Of a DNA stretch of 64,000 bases, positions 22,916 to 32,032 are shown one piece after another (the stretch's first letter is position 1; each line of letters starts with the position of its first letter). The stretch lies in NCBI GenBank assembly GCA_028819545.1, contig JAPPLG010000019.1, positions 2,494 to 66,493 of the forward strand, in the 5' to 3' direction. Below the pieces are notes generated by a model, which saw only the letters and a program-made list of their open reading frames with translations, made no database searches and was not told the DNA's origin. This DNA comes from Bdellovibrionales bacterium. GTDB lineage: Bacteria > Bdellovibrionota > Bdellovibrionia > Bdellovibrionales > UBA1609. A program made the translations under genes and the position numbers.

Positions 22916-24426
22916 TGAATGAGAACAAACCCAACTTTTTGGATAAGCAGACGCTTATAGCTTTAGCTCTTATTTTCATGGCTTGGTTTTTGTGGGAAAG
23001 GCATATGCGGGCCAAATACACACCACAGTTGAATCAGCCTTCCCCAACAGCAGAACAACAACCTGTTCGTGAAGAAACAAAAAAAGTTGATATAAAAAAA
23101 GTAAAAGAAAATTTTTTTGACTTTGAGGATGACGTAAAAAAAGTCACTTTTTCTTCAAAAGGAATGGGAATAAAAGAGCTTGAACTTAAAAGCTATTTAA
23201 ACAGAGAGAAAAAACAAGTTCTTTTTGAGTCTGTTTCTTCTCTGCCCTTTTTTGAAATCACTAAAAACAATCAACCTTTATTTTTTAACATAAAGGCTTT
23301 GGGGGAAAACCAAATACAGGGAATAGACACAAAAGGAGAGGTGCAGGTTTTAATCCAAATAAAAGATTTTTCTTTTTCTTATACAGTGAATGTGAAAAAA
23401 ACGGATTCACTAACCATTCAAGTTGTAAACAAACCTGTTGAAGGAGCAACCGGGCTTGTTCAAAGTCTTATTGCAGGAAGAGAGCCCGGGCTTGGTTTGT
23501 TTGTAAAAACCTCTAAAGAAGATAAACGGATTTTGTTTTCAAAAGGGAGAAAGGAAGAGCTTGATCTTTCACAGTTGGAAGTTCTGGGGTTGGGAGGCCG
23601 TTACTTTGGGCACGCTTTTTTTAACGAGTCAGATTTCTTGCCCCGCTTAGAGTTTCGGGGAGACGATGATTTTTGGCGGTCACAGATAGTTTTTAACTTT
23701 CCTCAAACAGGAAGTGAAGATTTGTCTTTAAAGTATCAAACATTCTTTGGCCCAAAATCTACAGATGTTTTAAAAACAATTGACCCTCAAATGATCTCTT
23801 GGGTTGATTTTGGTTTCTTGTCTGGGTTGGCTAAAATTATTTTGGCTTTTCTAAAATTTGCTTTTTTATTAACCAAGAACTGGGGACTTTCTATTATTCT
23901 TCTTACGGTTTTTGTTAGAATTCTTTTGTTTCCACTAAACCTGTCAGCCTACCGTTCAATGAAAGTTATGAAAAAAATACAACCGGAGATCCAGGCTCTT
24001 CGAAAAAAATACAAGAAAGACATGAAAACGATGAATGAACAAATGCTTGTGTTAATGAAAAAAAACAAAGCACGCCCGTTGGGGGGGTGTTTACCGATGT
24101 TGTTACAGTTTCCTATATTTTTTGCTTTGTATAGAGTTCTTGGGGAAAGCTTTGAGCTTTATCAGGCCCCTTTCTTTGGGTGGATACAAGACCTCAGCTT
24201 AAAAGATCCTTTTTATGTTGTGCCTGTTTTGATGGGGGTTTCCATGTACTTCCAGCAAAAAATAACCCCAACGAATATGGATCCCGCCCAAGAAAAAGTT
24301 TTAAGAGCTTTACCTTTTATTTTCACTTTATTTATGATCAATTTGCCAAGCGGTTTAAACTTGTATATCTTGGTCAGCACTTTATTTGGTTTAGTTCAGC
24401 AGTATTATTTTACTAAAAAAGATTAG
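22915..24426 (+). CDS. yidC: membrane protein insertase YidC
   Basis: 503 aa with N-terminal TM, a large periplasmic domain, and the conserved C-terminal core NWGLSIILLTVFVRILLFPL....GGCLPMLLQFPIFFALY. Confidence 0.93.
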   Translation: MNENKPNFLDKQTLIALALIFMAWFLWERHMRAKYTPQLNQPSPTAEQQPVREETKKVDIKKVKENFFDFEDDVKKVTFSSKGMGIKELELKSYLNREKKQVLFESVSSLPFFEITKNNQPLFFNIKALGENQIQGIDTKGEVQVLIQIKDFSFSYTVNVKKTDSLTIQVVNKPVEGATGLVQSLIAGREPGLGLFVKTSKEDKRILFSKGRKEELDLSQLEVLGLGGRYFGHAFFNESDFLPRLEFRGDDDFWRSQIVFNFPQTGSEDLSLKYQTFFGPKSTDVLKTIDPQMISWVDFGFLSGLAKIILAFLKFAFLLTKNWGLSIILLTVFVRILLFPLNLSAYRSMKVMKKIQPEIQALRKKYKKDMKTMNEQMLVLMKKNKARPLGGCLPMLLQFPIFFALYRVLGESFELYQAPFFGWIQDLSLKDPFYVVPVLMGVSMYFQQKITPTNMDPAQEKVLRALPFIFTLFMINLPSGLNLYILVSTLFGLVQQYYFTKKD

Positions 24427-24435
24427 GAGACCATT

Positions 24436-24963
24436 ATGTCCTTTTTTAAAAACTTATTTTCAGGCTCAACAGAAGACTTTTCTTTTATAGAGGAATTCTT
24501 AGATGATTTTTTTAAGTGTTGTGGGTTTTCTTTATCTTGTGATGTGGAGATTTTAAAAGAAGAGGGTAAGATTTACATTGATATTTATGGGAAAGATGAA
24601 GAACTACTTATAGAACAACATGGGAAACTGCTTCAGTCTTTGCAAATCTATTTATCAAGCGTACTCCAGAATCGCTTAAAAGCAGAAGAAGCCTTTCAAA
24701 TTACAGTCGACTCTCAAGGGTATATGGAGCAATTTGAGCAAGACTTAATAGATCTGGCTCATCGATTAAAAAAAGAAGCTTTGAAAAGAAAAAGATCTGT
24801 CATTATAAAAAGGCCTTTAAACGCTTTCTATAGGAGAAAAATTCACCAGGATTTAACTAAAGACGGGCGGGTAGAAACAAGATCTGTTGGAGAAGGCGCT
24901 TTCAAAAGAATAATAATTTCTCCGGTAAGGGGGAAGTATGACAACAATTTTCGAAGGGCCTAG
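24436..24963 (+). CDS. jag: Jag/KhpB-like R3H-domain RNA-binding protein
   Basis: 175 aa. C-terminal R3H block RPLNAFYRRKIHQDLTKDGRVETRSVGEGAFKRIIISP. Conserved position after yidC. Confidence 0.8.
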   Translation: MSFFKNLFSGSTEDFSFIEEFLDDFFKCCGFSLSCDVEILKEEGKIYIDIYGKDEELLIEQHGKLLQSLQIYLSSVLQNRLKAEEAFQITVDSQGYMEQFEQDLIDLAHRLKKEALKRKRSVIIKRPLNAFYRRKIHQDLTKDGRVETRSVGEGAFKRIIISPVRGKYDNNFRRA

Positions 24964-26374
24964 ATCACAAGATCAAGATACTATTTGTGCTTTAATAACT
25001 CCATATGGAGTCAGCGGGGTTGCTGGGATTCGAGTAAGCGGCGCTAAATCCTGGTATATTTCAAAAAAACTTTGTCCTTTTTTAAAAGAACAGCCCCGTT
25101 CACACCAAGCCTATTTCGGTCACTTGAAATATCAAGAAAAGGACATTGATGAAGCTCTTGTTTTATTTTTTGAAAAGGGAAGATCCTTTACTTCAGAAGA
25201 GACTGTAGAAATTTTTTGTCATGGAAGTCCTGTGATTTATAAAGAAGTGCTTACTGCTCTTCAGGAAATGGGTTGTAGGGCGGCTGAAAAAGGAGAGTTT
25301 ACATATAGAGCTTTTCTTTCAGGGAGAATTGATTTGGTTCAGGCAGAAGGTGTTTTACATCTCATTGAGGCCAATTCGGTGAATGCAAAAAGACAAGCTT
25401 TAAGATATTTGAAAGGAGAATTTTCTGAAGAGTTGAAGGGAATTAAAAACAAAACTCAAGAACTTCTTGCTCACATTGAAGCTGAAATTGATTTTAGTGA
25501 AGAAGATTTACAACTTTTTAAATCTAATGAATATTTGGAGCAAACCAATCAAATTCAAGAAACAATTGAAAGTTTAGTGAAAAACTATAAGCAGGGACGT
25601 CAAGTAAGAGAGGGTCTTAAGGTTGGAATTTTTGGGCCTCCAAACTCCGGGAAATCCACCCTATTTAATCAGCTTTTAAAAGAAGACAGAGCTATCACAA
25701 GTAAACAGGCAGGTACGACAAGAGATCGGCTGGAAGGAGACTTTTTCTTTCAAGGTAATAAAATAAGTGTTGTTGATACTGCAGGGCTAAGAGAAACTCA
25801 GGATCTTATTGAGAAGGAGGGCTTGAAAAAAACTTTTCAAACTTTTCAAACTTCTGATATCTGTCTTTATGTTGTTGATGCCACAAAAAGTTTTAGTGAA
25901 AACTTTGAGCCTTTTTCAAAAAGTGATAATAAGAAAAAGTTTTTAGAACTCTTACTTCAGAAAAAAGAAGAAAGGGTTTTGGTTATTAATAAAGTGGATT
26001 TAAAATCAAAAGAGGACTTTTTATCTGATTTAGAAAGGTTTTCTCCAGACATTTCTAATCAAATTAAAAAAGAAAACCCTTGTTTTATAAGTGCTCAAAC
26101 GGGGGAAGGCCTGGAGCAATTGAAGTCTTTTTTTCTTAAACCTCTGGAAAGAGGGGTTTCTGCTGTTTATCTGCCTCGGCATTATGATCACCTGACACAA
26201 GCCCGAAGGCATCTTCAAAAAGGACAAGCCTTGCTAAGAGAGAAAACCATAAACTTGGAGTTTGTGGCTTTTGAATTAAAAGAAGTTTTAAAAAATATTC
26301 AAAGGGTTTTAGGTGAAGAAATTAATGTCGATGTTTTGGATCAGATTTTTAGTCAATTTTGTATTGGTAAATAA
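24938..26374 (+). CDS. mnmE: tRNA modification GTPase MnmE
   Basis: 478 aa with G1 GPPNSGKSTLFN, DTAGLR and the C-terminal CIGK motif. Confidence 0.93.
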   Translation: MTTIFEGPRSQDQDTICALITPYGVSGVAGIRVSGAKSWYISKKLCPFLKEQPRSHQAYFGHLKYQEKDIDEALVLFFEKGRSFTSEETVEIFCHGSPVIYKEVLTALQEMGCRAAEKGEFTYRAFLSGRIDLVQAEGVLHLIEANSVNAKRQALRYLKGEFSEELKGIKNKTQELLAHIEAEIDFSEEDLQLFKSNEYLEQTNQIQETIESLVKNYKQGRQVREGLKVGIFGPPNSGKSTLFNQLLKEDRAITSKQAGTTRDRLEGDFFFQGNKISVVDTAGLRETQDLIEKEGLKKTFQTFQTSDICLYVVDATKSFSENFEPFSKSDNKKKFLELLLQKKEERVLVINKVDLKSKEDFLSDLERFSPDISNQIKKENPCFISAQTGEGLEQLKSFFLKPLERGVSAVYLPRHYDHLTQARRHLQKGQALLREKTINLEFVAFELKEVLKNIQRVLGEEINVDVLDQIFSQFCIGK

Positions 26375-26385
26375 GAGAAATTGAG

Positions 26386-28272
26386 ATGAAAAGTCAGTGG
26401 GATATTATTGTTATAGGGGCGGGGCATGCCGGAGTGGAAGCCAGTTTAGCTTGTTCTCGTATGGGGCTAAGGGTTTTGGTGGCCACAACACGTTTATCTC
26501 GCATTGCTTTTATGAGCTGTAACCCGTCTGTAGGAGGCTTAGCCAAGGGAAATCTGGTTAAAGAAATTGATGTATTAGGAGGTGTAATGGGGATGGCTGG
26601 GGACTTTGCCTGTCTTCAATACAAGCATCTTAATTCCAAGAAAGGGCCGGCAGTCAGAGGCTCCAGAGTACAATGTGATAAAAGTGTTTATCAAAAATAT
26701 GTGCAGGATCAACTTCAGCATGAAGAAAATATCACTCTTGTTGAAGAGGAAATTTCGAAACTATGGATTCAAGATGGAAAATGTAAAGGTGTTATTTGTA
26801 AAAATGACACTCGAATTGAATCAAAAGCTGTGATTTTAACCACTGGAACTTTTATGGGTGCAGTGATGCACGTGGGAAATGAACAAAAAAGCGGAGGAAG
26901 AGTTGGAGATCAAGCTACTCATGGGCTTTCTCGGCAGATGAGTGAGATAGGGTTTAAAGTAACCAGGCTGAAAACAGGAACGCCTCCCCGCTTGCATAAA
27001 GACAGCATAAACTGGGAACAATTAACTCCTCAGGCGGGAGATGAGGTGTATCGCCCTTTAAGCTTTTTTAGTTCGAAAAAACCTCTGTTGAAACAAATAT
27101 TTTGTTATCTCACTCATACAAATTTAAGAACCCATGAAGTGATAAAAGAAAATCTTCGCTTATCTCCTCTTTTTTCCGGAATTATTCAGGGAGTGGGTCC
27201 GCGGTATTGCCCCAGCATAGAAGATAAGGTTGTTCGTTTTTCAGATAAAAACTCTCATCAGGTTTTTTTGGAGCCGGAAGAACTTGGAGGAGATTCTATC
27301 TATGTGCAGGGGCTTTCGACGAGTTTACCGAGAGCTGTGCAGGAGAAGTTTATAAGAACAATAAAAGGCTTGGAAAAAGCAAAATTCTTACAGTGGGGTT
27401 ATGCAGTTGAATATGATTTTATCAATCCCATTCAACTTTGGCCGACTTTGGAAACAAAGATTCTTCCCAATTTATTTTTGGCAGGTCAGGTGAATGGATC
27501 CAGCGGCTATGAAGAGGCGGCTGTGCAGGGGTTGATGGCAGGAATCAATGCTAGTGCAAAAATTTTAAATTTTTCAGAATGTATTTTACCTCGTCATAAA
27601 GCCTATGCAGGTGTTCTTATTGATGATTTGGTCACCAAAGGCACTAAAGAGCCTTACCGTATGCTGACTTCAAGAGCGGAATATCGACTGGTTTTAAGAG
27701 AGGATAATGCCTTGGAAAGATTATTTTCTATAGCTCAAAAGTACTCTCTTCTTTCTGAAGAAAAGACTCAATTGCTTGAAAAAATATTAGATCAAAGAAA
27801 AGAATATGCAAAAAAACTCTCTCAAACAAAATGGTCTTCTAAGGAATTGGAAAATATGTTGGTATTAAATCAAAAAGACTCTTTTTTTAACAAAGAATTT
27901 CAACCAGGGAGAACATGGACAGCTCATCACTTATTAAAAAGACCGGAGTTTTCGTATCAAACTTTGGAGAAGCTGGGAGTGCCCCCAATCTCAAAAGAAG
28001 TGGCAGAACCGGTTGAAATTGAAATAAAATACGCAGGTTATATTCAAATACAAAATCAGATGATAAAGAAAAATCTCAAAATGGGACAGTTGAGTTTAAA
28101 AAATATTAACTATCAGGAGGTTCAGGGTTTATCTTTGGAAGCCAGAGAAAAACTACAGGAAGTTCAACCTTTAAACTTGGAACAAGCCGGGCGAATTAGT
28201 GGAGTCACCCCAGCGTCTATTCAGGCACTTATTGTACACACACACAAAGTATCATCGGCTTGCCGTCAGTAG
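26386..28272 (+). CDS. mnmG: tRNA uridine 5-carboxymethylaminomethyl modification enzyme MnmG
   Basis: 628 aa with IVIGAGHAGVEA, GPRYCPSIEDKV and TSRAEYRL. Confidence 0.95.
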   Translation: MKSQWDIIVIGAGHAGVEASLACSRMGLRVLVATTRLSRIAFMSCNPSVGGLAKGNLVKEIDVLGGVMGMAGDFACLQYKHLNSKKGPAVRGSRVQCDKSVYQKYVQDQLQHEENITLVEEEISKLWIQDGKCKGVICKNDTRIESKAVILTTGTFMGAVMHVGNEQKSGGRVGDQATHGLSRQMSEIGFKVTRLKTGTPPRLHKDSINWEQLTPQAGDEVYRPLSFFSSKKPLLKQIFCYLTHTNLRTHEVIKENLRLSPLFSGIIQGVGPRYCPSIEDKVVRFSDKNSHQVFLEPEELGGDSIYVQGLSTSLPRAVQEKFIRTIKGLEKAKFLQWGYAVEYDFINPIQLWPTLETKILPNLFLAGQVNGSSGYEEAAVQGLMAGINASAKILNFSECILPRHKAYAGVLIDDLVTKGTKEPYRMLTSRAEYRLVLREDNALERLFSIAQKYSLLSEEKTQLLEKILDQRKEYAKKLSQTKWSSKELENMLVLNQKDSFFNKEFQPGRTWTAHHLLKRPEFSYQTLEKLGVPPISKEVAEPVEIEIKYAGYIQIQNQMIKKNLKMGQLSLKNINYQEVQGLSLEAREKLQEVQPLNLEQAGRISGVTPASIQALIVHTHKVSSACRQ

Positions 28273-28322
28273 CTTGTTGGTTTTAAATTTGTTTTATATA
28301 AGTTGTATTTTTTATTTAATAG

Positions 28323-28787
28323 GTGGTGAAGGTGAAATTATTTATTGGAGTATTTTGTTTTTTTACAACCAGCTTGTTGGGGTGTTATAATTCTTCGGCA
28401 ACTTTTTGTCGGAACCTGTCGGAAGAATATAGTAAACTGTTAGAACAAGATGAAAATATAGAACTTCGCTCCTGGGAAAACCTTTATATTCATCATGAAT
28501 TTTTGGCTAAGCCTCTGTTGGAAAATTGGGAGAGAAGCTATTTTGAAAAAGAGCAATTTTTTTCTCTTACTTTTTATGCTTTTTTAAGATCACAGTCCAC
28601 ATTGGAGTGCGGAATTGAACCAAAAGAAAATACGACATCTTCTGAAAAAAGAATGCAGGCGGAATCTATAGGGCTTACAAAAATAGAAACAGAAAGCCAT
28701 CCATACTTTGAGTGTTTATTTTCTGAGTGGAAAAAGCATGCAAAACCTCTTATTTTTAAATCTTGTAAATATTACTTTACCCATTGA
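28323..28787 (+). CDS. hypothetical lipoprotein
   Basis: GTG start. Signal peptide plus lipobox FFTTSLLGC. No recognisable domain. Inserted between mnmG and rsmG. Confidence 0.45.
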   Translation: MVKVKLFIGVFCFFTTSLLGCYNSSATFCRNLSEEYSKLLEQDENIELRSWENLYIHHEFLAKPLLENWERSYFEKEQFFSLTFYAFLRSQSTLECGIEPKENTTSSEKRMQAESIGLTKIETESHPYFECLFSEWKKHAKPLIFKSCKYYFTH

Positions 28788-28797
28788 AGTGAAATTG

Positions 28798-29436
28798 ATG
28801 AATTTTCTAAAAGATAAAGCCTTTTCTTTAGATCAAAAACAAATTGATCTTTTTCAAAAATTTTATACAGAATTGAAGTTTTTTCAGCATTTATTTCTTA
28901 CTAAAAAAGAAACTGAAAAAGAAGTTGTTGAATTAATTGAAGACGGAATAACTTCAGGAACTCTTTTTTTAAAATCAGCCCCTGAGGAAACCTTTGTAGA
29001 TATAGGTTCAGGTGCGGGATTTCCAGGGGTTGTTTTGGCTATTTTAGATTTGCATAGAAAAATTATCCTTGTTGAGCCTTCTGCAAAAAGAGCTGAGTTT
29101 TTAAGACATATTGTGGATACTTTTGATTTTCAAAATCGGGTTATTGTTCGTGAAGAGGTTTTTTCGTTTATGAAAGAAAGGATTGTTCTTTTTAAAGCTT
29201 TTGCTCCTTTGAAAAAAACTTTGCAGATGGTAAAAAAATATCTGCCTGAAGATGGGGTTTCATATCATTTTAAAGGTCCTCTTTATGAAAAAGATTGGGA
29301 TCGATTAAGTTTGAAAGAAAAAAAGTTATGGCAAATGAAAGTTTTTGTTGAATATAAATTTAAAAATCAAAATAGAGTTATTTTAGAAATCAAAAAGAAA
29401 AGTACTCCTCATATTTTGAAGAATATTAATCTATAA
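28798..29436 (+). CDS. rsmG: 16S rRNA (guanine527-N7)-methyltransferase RsmG
   Basis: SAM motif FVDIGSGAGFPGVVLAI. Start taken at MNFLKDK (28798) rather than the ORF-track 28708, which overlaps the upstream gene. Confidence 0.85.
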   Translation: MNFLKDKAFSLDQKQIDLFQKFYTELKFFQHLFLTKKETEKEVVELIEDGITSGTLFLKSAPEETFVDIGSGAGFPGVVLAILDLHRKIILVEPSAKRAEFLRHIVDTFDFQNRVIVREEVFSFMKERIVLFKAFAPLKKTLQMVKKYLPEDGVSYHFKGPLYEKDWDRLSLKEKKLWQMKVFVEYKFKNQNRVILEIKKKSTPHILKNINL

Positions 29437-30700
29437 AGTAAATTACTTTTGCCCAGTCTTTTGCACATTCTAACTGACCTTCAGTGGAGAAAAAATATTC
29501 TCCTTGTGAAGAAAGGTGTGATTGAGTTTGACATTGTTTTAATGTTTTAACTTTAAGAGTATAAGTTGTCTCTTTTATATAAGATTCAGAGCGAGGTTCA
29601 TTAAAATACTGTACGTTTGATTTGATGTTATCATCTAGCCACTGTTGGCTTTCCACCCACTCCTTATCGGAAGCTTTTATAGCCAGTTGTATGAAATCAT
29701 CTATCCATTTTTGATTTGCCTTATCTCTTTCCGCTATCGTTAGGGTGCTGTATGTCCACACTTGTGCAATATAGATCAACTGCTCTTCAGACATGGAGTT
29801 GATTTGATCTAAACTAAAAGAGGAAAACTGAGGGTAACTCATAGCAGAGAGTACTTGCAAACTTAAATCAGGGATTTGCTCTAAAGGAATGTGTTGGATA
29901 TGTTCAGGGCTTAATCCATGAATGCTGTAATTGCTAAGTGATTTTGCATATACTGGAATCTGTGCTGTTCTTTCTGGGCTCAAAATTTCCATCCAAAAAT
30001 AATCAGGCAGTAAATGTTTCATTTGTTCTACAGAGGTAATATATCTAAACTCAGGTGGCTCCAAAAAAGGGATTGCTTGCATACTTGCGGGGTTATCTAA
30101 ATATCGATAGGGTACATTTTGTATTTCTTTGAAAACACCTTTATGATTTTCAATATTATTTATAATTCGAGACAGAAAATCTTGATCCTCTCTTTCACCA
30201 ATAGTAGCAACAGCTTTCATTTGTTCTAAAGAGAGGGCTTCGAAATACTCTGAAAAGATTTTATAAGTGGGTGGAAAGCTTGGAGAATGAAAGGCCTCTT
30301 TAATCTGATCTAAATTCATCCAGCTGACTTGTTTTGGTTTAAAAACTGTGATTCCAATTTTATTATTTTTCATCTGATTTATAGTCATTGCTTTTATTTG
30401 TTCTTGAGTTAGACATCTTATAATACTTTGTTCTTTTTCTCCTAATGTTAGAGCTTTTGTGTTGAGGAGGTCAGGTATCTGACTAATGACTTCTAAAGGA
30501 ATAGCTTGAACTTGCTCTTCTTTCCAATATTGAGAAACTTCCAATAAATATCCTATTTGTTCGCTATTAAATGCGGCAATAGAACTTGGAAGAATGTCCT
30601 CAAGAAAAAGGGGGGTTTCCTTTTGAGAAATCGATATTTCTTGAGAATAAACGAAGTGATTTATACATAAAAGAATAGCTGTTGTTGTTAAATATTTCAC
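29426..30700 (-). CDS. hypothetical secreted protein with about 10 copies of a short (S/T)xEQ(I/M)xxh motif
   Basis: 424 aa with signal peptide MKYLTTTAILLCINHFVYS. Recurrent motifs include SEQIGYL, EEQVQAIPLEVISQIP, TQEQIKAM, LDQIKEAF, LEQMKAV, VEQMKHL, PEHIQHIPLEQIPDL and LDQINSMSEEQLIYI. Confidence 0.55.
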   Translation of the reverse strand: MKYLTTTAILLCINHFVYSQEISISQKETPLFLEDILPSSIAAFNSEQIGYLLEVSQYWKEEQVQAIPLEVISQIPDLLNTKALTLGEKEQSIIRCLTQEQIKAMTINQMKNNKIGITVFKPKQVSWMNLDQIKEAFHSPSFPPTYKIFSEYFEALSLEQMKAVATIGEREDQDFLSRIINNIENHKGVFKEIQNVPYRYLDNPASMQAIPFLEPPEFRYITSVEQMKHLLPDYFWMEILSPERTAQIPVYAKSLSNYSIHGLSPEHIQHIPLEQIPDLSLQVLSAMSYPQFSSFSLDQINSMSEEQLIYIAQVWTYSTLTIAERDKANQKWIDDFIQLAIKASDKEWVESQQWLDDNIKSNVQYFNEPRSESYIKETTYTLKVKTLKQCQTQSHLSSQGEYFFSTEGQLECAKDWAKVIYFID

Positions 30701-30814
30701 TTGAAGCGCCCTTATTTTTTCAGGCTTGAATTAATAATCTATAATGAGCCTTGTTGCAAAATAAGATTTCTTAACATAGGCTTATTTTTTAATTCATGGT
30801 TGGTGAAGTGAAAA

Positions 30815-31591
30815 ATGAGAATTTTTCTTTTGTTTCTTTTTCTTGCTCCTTTAGCTAAAGCTCATCCAGTTATTTATAAAGATGGCTTTGTCTATTGGGG
30901 TGAGTTTTCTTCTCAGGAAAACACTCAAATACTATCTTATACTTTTCATCCGAACTTTGCCTTGCAGTTAAGTTCAGATTTCGAAAAATATACTGGGGGG
31001 GGAAGTAATAAGAGTGTTACTTATCAGCTAGGTTTAAATGTTCTTATCAAACGTTGGTTTCTGGAGAATTCGCAGGCCAATATTTATACCTCTTTTCAAA
31101 GTGGAGTGTTTACAGATGAAATTAGCGGGATTTACAAAGACGGAAAAAGAACTAAATTTCCAATAAAAGATAGATTAACTTTTCAATGGAATTTAAGTGC
31201 CGATTGGGAATCTCGATTTATTTATACAGCTGGTGGAATAAAACTAAAAGGAAGATCTTCTTCAATTAATGAGGCTTTATGGGGTGATTTTTATTACAGA
31301 ATAGGCTTTGCACCCTATATAGCAGGGATGGACACTTTACAAACCTGGTTTGTTTTGATGTTTCAGGCTTCTGCGGCTGGAACAGTTAATAAGGATATGC
31401 GGGATTATTTCTTAAAAGAGCATAAGGAAAGAGAATTTCCTTATCGAACTTCACTAATAACAGATAACTTGGCTGTAGGAATCAATTGGAAAATTACTCC
31501 CCTTCTTAGGTTTTTTTACAAAAATGTTTTATGGGAGATAGGAAGTAGTTTACAAAGCGATTTTTACTTAACTCTTATGCTTCATTATTAG
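30815..31591 (+). CDS. hypothetical outer-membrane beta-barrel-like protein
   Basis: 258 aa with signal peptide MRIFLLFLFLAPLAKA, alternating amphipathic strands and a C-terminal aromatic residue (..LTLMLHY). Confidence 0.5.
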   Translation: MRIFLLFLFLAPLAKAHPVIYKDGFVYWGEFSSQENTQILSYTFHPNFALQLSSDFEKYTGGGSNKSVTYQLGLNVLIKRWFLENSQANIYTSFQSGVFTDEISGIYKDGKRTKFPIKDRLTFQWNLSADWESRFIYTAGGIKLKGRSSSINEALWGDFYYRIGFAPYIAGMDTLQTWFVLMFQASAAGTVNKDMRDYFLKEHKEREFPYRTSLITDNLAVGINWKITPLLRFFYKNVLWEIGSSLQSDFYLTLMLHY

Positions 31592-31940
31592 AGTTTTGTG
31601 CTTGTTATAGAGTCGTTTTCACAAACATATTCATATGTTGTTAAACAATGATTTACGAAAAATCTGTTCATCTGTAAGGGTTTTTCTTCAGCTTTCAAGG
31701 GTGTTAAGGTCTAATTGTCCTTTTTAAATTTTCACTTTGAGCATGGGTGTTGCAAATGGAAAATGCCATAAGAACTCTCATAATATCCTCTAAAATGACA
31801 TGATTCTCTGTTAATAATGGCTTTTTTAACTCTTTTTAACAAAAAGTATAAAAGTAAAGCTCTTATTTATCTGAGATTTTCCATAAAAAAGGGGAATTTA
31901 AGCTTAAAAACCTTATTTTTATAAAAAAATACCTTTTTTA

Positions 31941-31956
31941 TGTTCCACGTGGAACA
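31941..31956. promoter_or_regulatory. parS: parS centromere site 1 (perfect 16-bp palindrome TGTTCCACGTGGAACA)
   Basis: Matches the canonical chromosomal parS consensus TGTTNCACGTGAAACA at 15/16 positions and is fully symmetric. Lies 77 bp upstream of the parA start. Confidence 0.85.
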
Positions 31957-31969
31957 TCTACAGGGAAAA

Positions 31970-31985
31970 TGTTCCACGTGGAACA
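31970..31985. promoter_or_regulatory. parS: parS centromere site 2 (identical 16-bp palindrome)
   Basis: Second exact copy, 29 bp centre-to-centre from site 1. Confidence 0.85.
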
Positions 31986-32032
31986 TCCGGTTGAACATAG
32001 ACTTTTTAATGGCCTGTGGATACAAAAAGGCT

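Noticed and set aside
31940-32032. N-terminal 31-codon extension of parA in the ORF track (MFHVEHLQGKCSTWN...)
   Set aside because: The extension consists of the two parS palindromes. Conserved ParA begins at MAHIISITNQKGGVGKTT (32033).
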